Shown here: one piece after another, positions 25,705 through 37,207 of the stretch
Layout: each line of letters starts with the position of its first letter
Numbering within the stretch: the stretch's first letter is position 1
NCBI GenBank assembly: GCA_035084275.1
Contig: CM068755.1
Coordinates: 11,470,001 to 11,534,000 of the forward strand
From: Hydrolagus colliei
Lineage: Eukaryota
DNA: 64,000 nucleotides
Direction of reading: 5' to 3'
Notes under the pieces: generated by a model
The model's input: the letters and a program-made list of their open reading frames with translations, nothing else
Database searches by the model: none
Told to the model about the DNA's origin: nothing
Position numbers and translations under genes: made by a program

Positions 25705-25820
25705 CAACCCTATGGGGGAAAGGCAGGTAAGCAGGACACTGATTGCTCTTTAAATAGAGCCAGCACTTACACAACTGACCGAATGGCCTTCTTCTGTGCT
25801 ATAAATTTCTGTGGCTCTAT
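25705..25820 (+). mobile_element. CR1/HER1-type 3' tail
   Basis: tatgggggaaaggcagg...gagccagcac...gaccgaatggccttcttctgtgctataaatttct; a related tail is at 47525-47640. Confidence 0.7.
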
Positions 25821-25890
25821 AACAAATACATTTTCTTTCGAAGAAATGTTATTAAGCCAATTTGACAGCAGTGCTCATCTGTAAACATAC

Positions 25891-26029
25891 CTGGAAGGGC
25901 AATGATCCATATTGCATTCCTGTAGTTTAGGTTTGGGTTTTTTATTTTCTGGATAGTATTTACAGTAGTGTTCAGAGACGACATGATTTGAACGTATGTC
26001 TACACACTCAGCAGAACTAAGCTGGTAAC
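25891..26029 (-). CDS. adamtsl3: ADAMTSL3 coding exon (139 nt): TSR
   Basis: (G)YQLSSAECVDIRSNHVVSEHYCKYYPENKKPKPKLQECNMDHCPS; acceptor cttag, donor gtatgt. Confidence 0.96.
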
Positions 26030-26734
26030 CTAAGCGAATGAAAAGCAACAGTTTCATTGTCTTGTGCAGCAGGCTTATTGAATCAAAAGTCAAGAGCAGC
26101 TTTATCGCCATAATCTTAACAACAAAAAACTATCGTTTTAAATTCTCCAAATGAGAGAAATAACCATAGCTAAAGCAACTTAAAAAAAGGAAAACTCAAT
26201 GATTCCTTCCAGATGCACATGAAATGAAACAAAAATGAAAGGCAGTCATCTAAATTATAATTTACATTATTCAACCTTGATTGGAACCACTTCACAGAGT
26301 CTAATCTCCCAATAAGACTAGAGTCATTAGAAGAGTCTATTGCGTATGTGGCCATTCATAATTATCACTAAAAGTTCCAATATTTTTCATAGCCAAGCAT
26401 CTGTTCAGCTCTTTCTGATTATGAAGTTGATTGACAATGTAGCAATAACTATTTGTGATGGATTTTAATAATTCTCCACTGGATGTTAAATTTACTGACT
26501 CCAGTTGCACAAGTGGAAAACCTGACGTGTGCTCCAGAAATATTAGTAAATTTATCAATGAATGGAAATTGACTGTTGCAATCCTTAGGCTCATGTGAAC
26601 AATTGGGACTTTGAAGCATATAATTGTTCTCTAGCATAAGTCGGATTGACAAGTATAATACGGTGCAAAATATTCCTGTCCAAACAAATTTATCAAAACA
26701 AAAATCAGGATTGATTTTCGTTTGATGACTTTAC

Positions 26735-26846
26735 CTCCCCCGCAGGTCACTGTGCAAGGGTAGAAATCAGTCTCTCTCCATTGATGGCTGATGGGTTGAT
26801 AGAAGATAAACTGGACCACACTGTCCTTCACTGCAATATACCTGGT
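26735..26846 (-). CDS. adamtsl3: ADAMTSL3 coding exon (112 nt): end of spacer, start of next TSR
   Basis: TRYIAVKDSVVQFIFYQPISHQWRETDFYPCTVTCGG(G); acceptor tcgcag, donor gtaaag. Confidence 0.96.
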
Positions 26847-27755
26847 CTGCGAAGATTATGAGAAAAAAAATTAAACAATAGCATTGAACATGAAATGGCA
26901 GTTAAGAAGAAGGAAGAGTAAACTTCTGAGAAACAGACCTAAACAATTGGTTTGACAAGGTCACTGATTCCCTATTTAGATTCTCCTCATAGACTATTTG
27001 GAATATTCTGTTTCAAATCATATTTTTTATTGTTCTAGTCTGTTTATAATTTCACATTGGAGCCTGTTCTATCCCATACAGAAACACACACACATTCCCC
27101 CATTGTGATGTATCCCCAGTTGTGCTGCACTGAAACATATTATTACAAATACAGTATTACAAATATATTCCAAATCTATATTAAATCCTGACATATGTAT
27201 TTGAAACATTACATCCAAAACTACTTTCGATCATGACTCAATTTATACTTGATAGCATGTAAACTTAAAAACTGAATGAGACTTAATCCTGAAAATTTGA
27301 ACATTAAGAAAAAAATCAGTGTCTGCTGATTTAACGATGCCCTTGATATAATGTTACAAGTAGAGTGCAGCATCATTATATTGTTTGGGAATCTATAAAA
27401 CTCAAATGTGAAATAACAAGTCAACTAACTTGTTTTCCCCACAAAATACACAGTCACTCCACTTTACCGATTTCATTTCAACAGTTTCCATTGAATCCAT
27501 ATGATCACAGCAACAAATTGCATTTATGTACAGTACCTTGGGACGTCCTCTCGACGTGAAAGGCACTATAAAACTGGATTGGTTGATTGATTGATTGATT
27601 GAGTGATTTTACGTCAGGAGGAACTTGTTATTAGGAATCAGTTATAATCAATTAATTAATTTAAACTTAAGACAACATCATTTTATTGTTCAGTATTTTT
27701 AAATAGGCATACGTTCCACTGTTTGAAACTGAGGTTGTGGTGAAGGTTGGTCTAA

Positions 27756-28132
27756 TCCTGTAGCTCAGTGGTTAGACCACTCGCCTTGTAAGCGAGAGAT
27801 CTGGGTTCAATTCCAGGCAGGGTGAAACATTGGGCAAGTTTCCTTACTCCACATGCCTAATAATAATAATCCCTAAAAAAAAATCAATTGGTCACTTCAA
27901 TCCATGACTGTTTGTGGGACACTGCTGTGCGCAATTGGCTTCCGTGTTACGCCCACAAATATACAGTCAATTCACTTTACAATATCTTCTGTGAAGCACT
28001 TTGAGACGTCAAGAAGACGTGAAAAGCACTATATCAAATGTAAGGATTACTATTATATGACAGTATATCTTGTGAAATGCTTTGATGTGATAAGGTGCTA
28101 TATCAAATGCAAGTATTATAATTCTTATTATT
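27756..28132 (+). mobile_element. tRNA-headed SINE, full length (27756 to about 28056), with a second tandem tail
   Basis: A box tagctcagtgg (27761-27771), B box ggttcaattcc (27804-27814), gggcaagtttccttactccacatgcc centre, common tail ending ggattactatta, then a second decayed tail. Confidence 0.9.
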
Positions 28133-30509
28133 AAAAATGACTACTCAGGAAATATTAGCAGCACAGCAATATTCCACAAGAGTGGCTGGCACACAAAGAT
28201 AAGGAATGTTGAATTAAGGCAATTTGCAACTCTTGCCGAGAAGAAAGATGTTTGAAAATAAATGTTTGAAAACTGTGTTGGCAAGAAGTGTCCTGAGCAA
28301 CAGGTTTTGCGTTTGAAGCAGGAATGCATGTATACATTCCAGGCTGCATTTATTTTCATAACACAATTACACATACTGGATTGAGAGTGCAATGAGGCAT
28401 TTCCCAAACTGTAGATACAACAATATTATTCAATATCTCTGTTATACTTTTCGAATCACTCTCCAGCTCTTTGGTAAATTGGTTTTGAATGAGTGTAAGT
28501 CCTATCTCGAAAATTCCATGCTATTTGAAACTAATACGATCTTTTAATGACAAAAAGTAGTCTAATCTGAAGTGTCTTCAATAGGTCAGATACTGTTATC
28601 AATCACTCTGAACTATGAGAGCTCAGATTAATTGCACTCAGCACTGTAAATTATTGTTGGTGCGTAGCAAGTTCTCAGTATACACGTTAACACTGGTTGT
28701 GATCAGATGTCAACATATGCATAAGCATTTTTTTCCACATTATTTACAGAGTTGCAAGTACACATGTATTTTCATTATGGTGGTATTGGTGGTATTGATT
28801 TTTTTTACCTTAAATCAAGTGCAGTTGACGGTAACTGGTTCAAACACCCACATTTCAATTTAGCGAGTTTAAATCCAACCCAAGAAAAACATGGGCAGGC
28901 CACAGAATACTGGCATCAGTGACCAGTCAGGGTATAACAGCAGGTTTAGTGACTACCTGGGAATGCTGAAACTGCTCAGCGAATATCATAAATTCTATCC
29001 ATGCAGGTCATAAGTAACACAGTCTGAACTTGTTGCAACAATCTGTTGTACCTCACCATTGAAATGCTTCCTTTTTATTTTCTAAATGTGCAGAATGTGG
29101 CAGGAACTTAAAATGACTCTTTAAATAAATTCTGGTGTACAGCACTACGTTTTTCACCTTCGACCACTCCCTGCTCGATTCGAAGTAGTGGATAATGAAA
29201 GCCACAGCATTCGATGCTGGTGCAGATTTGGGGTAAATGTACCATCAGATGCATCCACCCCAAGTAGTATTTCATTCTTACCCTCACAAATATGCCAAAA
29301 CTAACGCTCATCGATATTAACAGATCAGACTAGACTGTGGACTCATATCCTCCAGGCAAAAACTGAGCAGTGTCCAGGGGATGGCAAACAATCACTTGTA
29401 ACCTTCCAAAATGCTCACTTAAAAATGCATCTATTGAGACCTTTGAATGTTCAACATGATTATGTTGCTGTTTTATGGCAAATTGGCAGTTGTGTAAACG
29501 TCGACAACTGCACACTAATATCATGTTTTCATTGGGTCAAACGATCCTGCAGGAATGAGCACTCATTCTGTCAGACTTATTGGCTGCTGTGAGAGATCAG
29601 ACTGGCTAAAAGTAAGAATGGGCGGAAGATAAAATTGAATTTGGTCTCTTTGCAATCCCAAATTACTGCTGGAAAAGATTTAGACAATTCAAAATTCCTC
29701 TTGCCAATAGTTGGTGATGACTTCGATGAAGTGTGTCTATAGTGGAATCATGAAGCTCCTTACATAGCTCGCACAAGAGAGAAAGTGAGAGAGAGATATA
29801 CCACCCTCGCCTCCTCAGTACGTTAACAAGACTTACGGAAAACGTGAAAAGAAGCCTGAAGAATACAAGCATTGTACTGTATTTAGTTTTTTTTCCCAAG
29901 CTGTCAAGTGGAAAAAGATTTTGGTAACTTTGCTTCAGTTTGAATTTTAGTTTTAATATATTTGAAATGAATCATTCTCATGTAACAGCAATATAATATT
30001 CTGTAAAGCCCTCTGTGACCAGAGACTTAAGATGGCAAGCGAGAAAAAAGCGTGATTAGATTTGGGCTCCCTTCGCTGCCCCTTCCCCTCCTACCCATAG
30101 AACACAGTCCACATTATCAGTGATACAGAATATACCAATCTATGGTTAGCGAATGTAAAAAAAAACCAACAACTGTTTTGTTCACATTTTTTTAAAACTT
30201 TTAACACAAATTGGCAACCAAAGAGCTCAATTTGTTGAATGCTAAATCTCCCCCATATGTTTACAGCAGCAGCTGCTCAGACAGTTTAATAAGAAGTACC
30301 ACTGTATGTAAGAAACTAAAAGGACAATTTGAATGTTGTTCATTCCAGCAGTGGGAACATTGGTGAGCATGACAAAACAAAAAGCCATTTGAAACATCAA
30401 CCCCCGCTTCCTCTACTATCCGCACAAATCTATGAGGTTGTTTGTGTTCAAACACCATCTGCTCCCAATGTATATAAATGACCTGGGATGGCTCAATTTA
30501 GCACAATTT

Positions 30510-30635
30510 GCAGATGGCACCAGAGAGATAGTGTAGAATCAGAGGAGGCAGCCACAATTTTACAGAAAGAGCTTGAAAGGGTGTGAACCTGGTCTGATCA
30601 GAGCGAAATTCAATTCCATGCCGATAAAATTCCAC
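30510..30635 (+). mobile_element. CR1 RT fragment
   Basis: Reads VESEEAATILQKELERV*TWSDQSEIQFHADK, resembling CR1 RT C-terminal motifs. Confidence 0.55.
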
Positions 30636-33077
30636 TGTCTCCAGATACACGGTCCGTACATTAACTCTACTCTCTAATTCTGTACCGGTCTCTCGCTGGT
30701 TATGTAGCTTTTCATTCCAAATGGCATTACCTTGGAATTTCTGCACATAACTCATGCTATCGTTGTCCATATTAGATCACTAAAAACCCAGTTTTCCCTG
30801 GCAGTCTGGCAAGTATATACTAGCAGCTTTCACCATTGTTTAGATTTGCTTTGCTGTGGCTACTAATATCTGGACTTGTGATTTCACTTGTGGAAATGGA
30901 TATACAGTATTTCTAATGATTTTTTTTACAGGAAAGAAATTCAAGTGTGATTTTTTTTATATAGCTCCTGAGGCTGAGTTGTTCTTGAGCCAACATTATG
31001 TACTCATACAGCTTATGGATTCCCTTACACATTGAGGCCATAGTTTTAAATCAAGCTATGTTTCGAACATTTTTCTTCCAGTAGGTACTCAACTCAACAG
31101 CCCAAATCAAATCTGTTAATAAAAATAATTCAAGCAGTATATTTCACAAGAAATTTATGTTATTGTGAAAGGTGCTGTACAAATGTAATTTTGTTGTTGT
31201 TGCTGTCACAATATTAATTTCACAACAGTCGGAAAATAGCTGGATATTTTCAAAGCAACCGAAGAGCATGCCCAGAAGACATGCAGTCCACCCTGTCTGA
31301 TCATTGACATTGGCTTCATATATTGTTATTAATCTGCATTCAGTTTTACCATTTGCTTTCCCAGAAATTACTAAAAAAATTTCGGCCAAAAAGAGGTGCC
31401 GTAAATCATTTTGCGGAAACATTGAAGAAACAATATTCCTGCAGTCCGCCCAGAGTTTTGGAGAAGGGAGAGTGTATGTTGCAGTAGATGGCAGAGAGTT
31501 GGTGGGTTTGTTGTAACAGTTTGACACCATAGCCCGTATTAAATAAGCATTTTTGATTCTATTGGACTTGTATTTTCAATTCTGCGTCGATACCAACAAT
31601 AACTTTACGTAGCACACTTCAGGTTGGGTAGCATCCCAGAGAGCTTAACAATGGAGGAGACTGACTCGCAACCAGCAACAGGAATAAACATATAGCTGTA
31701 ATTTATCTGATAGCTTTCACGTTATGACAGTGAGGCCCTCACTTGAGTGAATATGAGTTTCATCTTTGACCTTACTGCTTGATATAACAGTTGGCTGAGA
31801 GTGTTATGAGACTGTAACACTACAAAGTGGTTCTAATTGCATCAGGTTGCGCGAGCCAAGCTTGAGTAGTTTACTCAGACACAGGAACCCTGAGACTGCC
31901 TTACAGACATCACATACTGTGAGCCAAACATTTCATGGAATACATACAAGAGCGTGAGCAATTCTGAACTCTGTTGGCCGGTTTACAAGTAAGAATATGC
32001 ATCAAAAAATTGGGTTTGGCAGGGCCGAAGATAAGTTTTTTTTCATAAAAAAAGGTGTTAACTTTTTCTTTTCTTTCCTCTTTTTCGTGCCACAAGCTGG
32101 AAAAATGGACAAATGTATCCCCCAAATGTCCACCTATTCTGCTCCAGTGCTACACGATTCATGAGAGCTTCTCAGCACTCATCATAACTTTGATTTGATT
32201 TTCTTGAGGATCACTGCTGGTGCAGTGAGGTAAAGTTTATGCAGTTGTTTGTTACTAGGATAATTTCTTGTAGAAGGATTTGCTTGCATTTTGCTGAAGC
32301 CTTTTGTTGATAATTCGGATTTGCTTCAGTATTGGAATTTTCTATTTTGCTCTCCTTCCCGAGAGTGTGACCATACAATTACTGAGAATAATTTCACAAG
32401 CAACCACAACGATAAAATTACATTGGTAGAGTGCCTTTCGCATCAGAAGGGCGTCCCGAGGCGCTGAACAGTCTGAAGTCAGGAGTGCTATCTCTCCAAC
32501 TGTGAGATTGCAACCATTGTAGAATGCATATTGATTCCTGCTGTTGACAATGATAAGGGTACAACAACAACAACAAGTTTCACATATCGTCCCCTTCACA
32601 GAAAGCAGTGTGCAAGATTTTGACAGAAATGCTCATCTAGCAGGGCAGAGGTGACCTCCGGCGTGGTCAAAAGCGTAGATCATAAACAGATAGAGAGGGG
32701 CGGTATGAAGTGTGTTTCAGAGGTTAGGAGCAAATAATCTGAAATGATTGATCGCCAAATACCCGCTTTTTAAGCCATTCCTGAGATACTGTTCCTCTTA
32801 GTCCAGGGAACATTCAAATGATTTCATAAAATACAGCCCCTTTTTCACAAAACATCTATTAAATATGCAGTTGATGATATATTTAACTTATCTTTTGTTG
32901 GGTTTGTTTTTCCTTTATGGCTATATGCACCGTATAAAGTAATGGTCTAAAAAGTTCATATTTATATAGCTGTACCATATGTGATATATTTACTGTGAAT
33001 GTAACAGCCAATTATATAAAAGTGATTTGTCGGCTATATCTAAAGTTCAGCACATATATTTATATGTATTATAAATG

Positions 33078-33156
33078 TACACATGCACAAACACACACAT
33101 ACGCAAACACACACATACACAAACACACACATAGACACACACATACACACAAACAC
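33078..33156. repeat. Imperfect (CA)n microsatellite
   Basis: acacatgcacaaacacacacatacgcaaacacacacatacacaaacacacac... Confidence 0.9.
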
Positions 33157-33702
33157 CTTGTCAAATGTTTAGTACCAGATTATAATTTTTTGGAATATCA
33201 TGTATCAATTAGCTCTAACAATCTGGAAGAATATCTTAAAATGAAAATTATAATTAGTTCAAAATGTGTTCAAAAGTATATATAGTTCAACATAATGATC
33301 TTTCAAGACTTTCAGTAAAGGGCGGAGAGTAAGGCTTGTATCATTTCACCAACTATAAAACAATGATTGGTTGGCTTAAGGAAAATCACTTCTGACAGAT
33401 ACTTGATCAACAGATCAATTTTCATGGATTGGGTAATATTTCTGAAAAAAGTTTCATTGCGTAAGTTGGCCTGTTTTTTCTACATATGAGGAAAACATAT
33501 GTTTGATGGTATCACTGACTTGTTTGGCTGTGCCTAGTTGAAAGGGTCAGTCAATGTGTTGCTCTCATAAATTTGTACTTCTCAGTGAATGTGTTCAAAG
33601 TCGAGAGTAGAAAGAAAAGCAGGAATAAGATGTACGTTAGGACGAACTTGAATGAAGTTGGTAAAATTACCTTAACGGACAATGCTTTCAAGAAACAAGT
33701 AC

Positions 33703-33860
33703 CTTAATGATGAAGTCAGCACCCAGTGGACCCTGCATCTTGAGAATTTCTTTATCAGAACTTTTCTGAAACTCGACAGTGGTATTCTCAATGTCATACG
33801 ATCCCACCGTACTTAGGTTGTGTTCTCCTTTGCGTCCCTGTAGCGTTTTGGATTCAATAT
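33703..33860 (-). CDS. adamtsl3: ADAMTSL3 coding exon (158 nt): spacer
   Basis: (Y)IESKTLQGRKGEHNLSTVGSYDIENTTVEFQKSSDKEILKMQGPLGADFIIK; acceptor tttcag, donor gtactt. Confidence 0.95.
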
Positions 33861-34134
33861 CTGAAATAAATTGGTTTCCAGGAATATCAAAATATTGTGC
33901 ATTTTTTGTTGTTAAGCCCCCTCTCCCAACCAATGGTAGAGGAATGCCATTTTATAAGCAATTCAGCTCAAGAAATACTTCAGCTCAATTTATTCATTAA
34001 GGCATTCAAAATACTTTGAGTATAAATGGCAAATACACAGTAGTGTGACTAAGTAGCCCTCTTGAAATGAATTATAAATCCTGGTTTCCATTTTTCGCAC
34101 CCATGTTCCAAACCCAACAAACTCTACAAAAAAA

Positions 34135-34310
34135 TGTTTTGACCATTCAATCGATGATTGTTTGTGGGAAACTGCTGTCACAATTATCTGTTGCGATTTG
34201 CACACAAAATACAGTCACAACACTTTACAATATATTCTGTGAAGTACTTATGCTTAGAGACATCTTAACAATGTAATAAGGCATTGTATCAAATGCATGG
34301 ATTATTAATG
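34135..34310 (+). mobile_element. SINE body and tail fragment
   Basis: caatcgatgattgtttgtgggaaactgctgt...acagtcacaacactttacaatatattctgtgaagt...atcaaatgcatggattatta. Confidence 0.75.
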
Positions 34311-36101
34311 TTTTCATTACAACACTGACTGGCATATCTCACCCAGCCTGAGTGAGGCCAACATATTTATAGTTCTTAAAAATGTGTTCTTGAAAACATT
34401 ACTGCCAACCTTTTAGTTTCCACATTTGCCAGATAAAGCAGTATAAATGCAACCAAATATGCCTAGTTACACAAACCAGATGATCACAAGATATTATTTA
34501 CCTTTACTCAGTCACACACCAGAAACCACTGTATCAATAACCTTTAATAAAAGATCACTGCTGTTTATTCGTAGGCCAAAATGCCCCTCTATTATGTTGG
34601 CACATCCCACCAGTTAGCTTGTGTTTCTTTGATGATTTTCTGAATTATTACTCCACAAACGTAGGAGCAAAGTTGCACTTAAAAAAATCTGGAAACTTTT
34701 GATCAAAGTAATATGACTAATTGACATCCAATTTTAAAACCCAAACTTCAGAGGAGGATAGAGGTATATGCAGGGGTTATGGAGAGAGCAAAAGAGACAC
34801 CTTAGCCTCAGAGGAAGTGAAAACTGGGTTTACATAATAAATGCACAATCACTCACGTTACAATGGGCCTGTGAAGTACTCTTGAGACATTTTAACAAAG
34901 CAACAAAGCCCAATATCAAATGCATAGATTTTTATATTACTGCAAGGACAAAATACATCCAAAGTGGGAGAGAAACCAAGAGAGAGAGAGAGAGAGGACA
35001 AAAGCAGAAGAAGAAAAAAAAGACTCGCGAGAAGAGCATCCATAAAGTCTTATTGTTCCATCATTGCTGTGGGTAATGACATACTTTTACATTATTAACA
35101 CCAGTACTTTTTTTTAATTGGAAAAGAAAAAAAAATCAGAAAACTAAGGCATATCCTTGGGGAAGTTTCTTTTTATTGCCGATTTAACACGCACATTTTT
35201 GTTCCTAATTGCAATTCAAATGAAGACTTTCAATTGTGGCCTGGGAGCAGTTTAATTTTAATCACCTCCCCGTGTTCTCAGGCAAGGCTTGATACGGTAC
35301 AAAATGCAGCTTGGGATGCTTTGTAAGAATGGGGAAGAATGGAGGGGAAAATAAAACCTCTTGCAATAGTTAATTGAAAGATAAAAAGTTTGAATGCAGC
35401 AAATGAAAACCACCAGCTGTGGGATAGGATGATGTAAATAATTTTAAGACTGAGAGACTCATTTTAGCCGTTTTCCCACTTCTTAACTTTCATAAACCCT
35501 TCTGGTGTACAGCTTTGAGACTGTAAATAGTGAGATTTTACCTCAGACTGATTTTATAAGTTTTCTATGTAACATTTTATCACATGTTTGCAGAAGGGAG
35601 ATTTTACACAAACATCATTGCAATCTGGGAGGTAATCTACTGAGCGAGGTAAAGTAATTAGCTGGTTACGAGTATTCCTGGCACTGCACTTTACGAACAA
35701 GCATTTCACAAATAGCACTTCTACTATTTTACTACTGATGGGCTTTTATTGCTGAGGAGGTCTGAAGGCTAGATTTTTGCTCCAATTACAAATGCCAACA
35801 AACTAACCTGCACAGATTTCAGAAATGTGTTACAATTTAAAGAAACATTTACACGCATTACCCGTTTTTCCTGTTTGGGGTGACACGACTTTCCAACAAA
35901 TGAAAGCAACGTGGTTACATACATATACATTTACCGTCTTTGATCGGAGGTGAGTGATGGCTGGAGAGACCAGAGTTTGCTCAGGCTGCGGCAGCGATTG
36001 CCTTACGCTCTACTCTGCGGTTAATCCGCGCTGATTTATATGCTTCAAAGATTTGCTCTTACTCTATTTAAAATTGCTGCAGATTTTGAAATGAAACTCA
36101 C

Positions 36102-36176
36102 AAAGGTGGGCTGGCCCCTTGACTGTGATTTTCACGTGGCGACTCCCATATGGAACCGCAATCACTGTGTCTTCCA
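36102..36176 (-). CDS. adamtsl3: ADAMTSL3 coding exon (75 nt): spacer
   Basis: (L)EDTVIAVPYGSRHVKITVKGPAHL; acceptor ctcag, donor gtgagt; phase 1 to 1. Confidence 0.95.
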
Positions 36177-37080
36177 CTGAGTGATTTAAAAAAACAGTAA
36201 GGAGGAAAATCAGCTGAACGTTGACATACCATCAGTTAGCACTCAGTAATTCATCACGCCGCATGGCTTTACAGCCCGAAAATATTCACACGACACTTCT
36301 TTTCTCAACGTGAGCTGTCAAAATGTGTGAACACACATGTGAAGGCATGAAATTCAATTCAAGCTCCTAACCAGCACCCGAGGAACCCAATACAAGATGT
36401 GACCAAAGCCTGTCAATGACTTAATGCCACAGTTTAGTCCAAAAAGCGACAGGATCAAGGGTGATTTACACCAACTCAAGAGCAGTGATGGCTTTACCAT
36501 ACTTTTAAGTGGTTAAAAAAAGAGTACTAAAGCAAACAGTATCATGGCACACGATCTCCAGATTTTACTCCCAGGTAAAGTACTTTCAACATTCAAATGG
36601 TTTTGTGAGATTGTTGTACCAGCACATAGCCTTTACCAGAGTCAAAATAATGCAAGTAACCTTGCACAGTCTCAAATGACAAACAAAGAATCTTGTGGAA
36701 ACCTCTGATAAGTATTCAAGGCAGGATGAGATCAAGCAGCCCAATTGACACTTCATCCAAACCCCACATGTGATTAACTAAATTTATCGTTTTATCTTTT
36801 AACAATCTCCCTCCCCTGCCCCCACCCATCCCAACCCAATCATCGTAGAATATTAAAAAATTGGTTTATATTACCATAGTGCTAACACATCATAAAGTAA
36901 GGAATTTCTTAGAAAAATAGAAAGGATGAAAAAGCACAAAAAGCTACTGCGAATGGCATTCTCTTTATTAAACGATGCATTCAGTTATGCTCCTAGCTGC
37001 GTGAGGTTTCAGATTAAGCAATAGGAATTTAGGTTTTTAAAACAAACAAATTTAATGACAAAAAAAAACCTGACACATAC

Positions 37081-37207
37081 GTTTTTCAGGAGACACGTGG
37101 GATTTGGCCTGTCCTCTCACCAGCCTGCATGTGGACCCGTCTCCTGCACAAATTCCACAGTTGTCTTCCTTGGTTTTACTCCCAAGTTGTCGATCACATC
37201 CCACTAC
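37081..37207 (-). CDS. adamtsl3: ADAMTSL3 coding exon (127 nt): end of Cys-rich module, start of spacer
   Basis: [42 protein letters not shown]; acceptor ggcag, donor gtatgt. Confidence 0.96.

Noticed and set aside
27754-27826. Possible tRNA-Thr(UGU) gene with A/B boxes and a perfect anticodon arm ctcgc-cttgtaa-gcgag
   Set aside because: The T arm and acceptor stem are imperfect, the sequence runs straight into SINE body and tail, and sister copies show different anticodon triplets (TAC in the 11150 copy, CGC in the 3931 copy). It is a SINE head.
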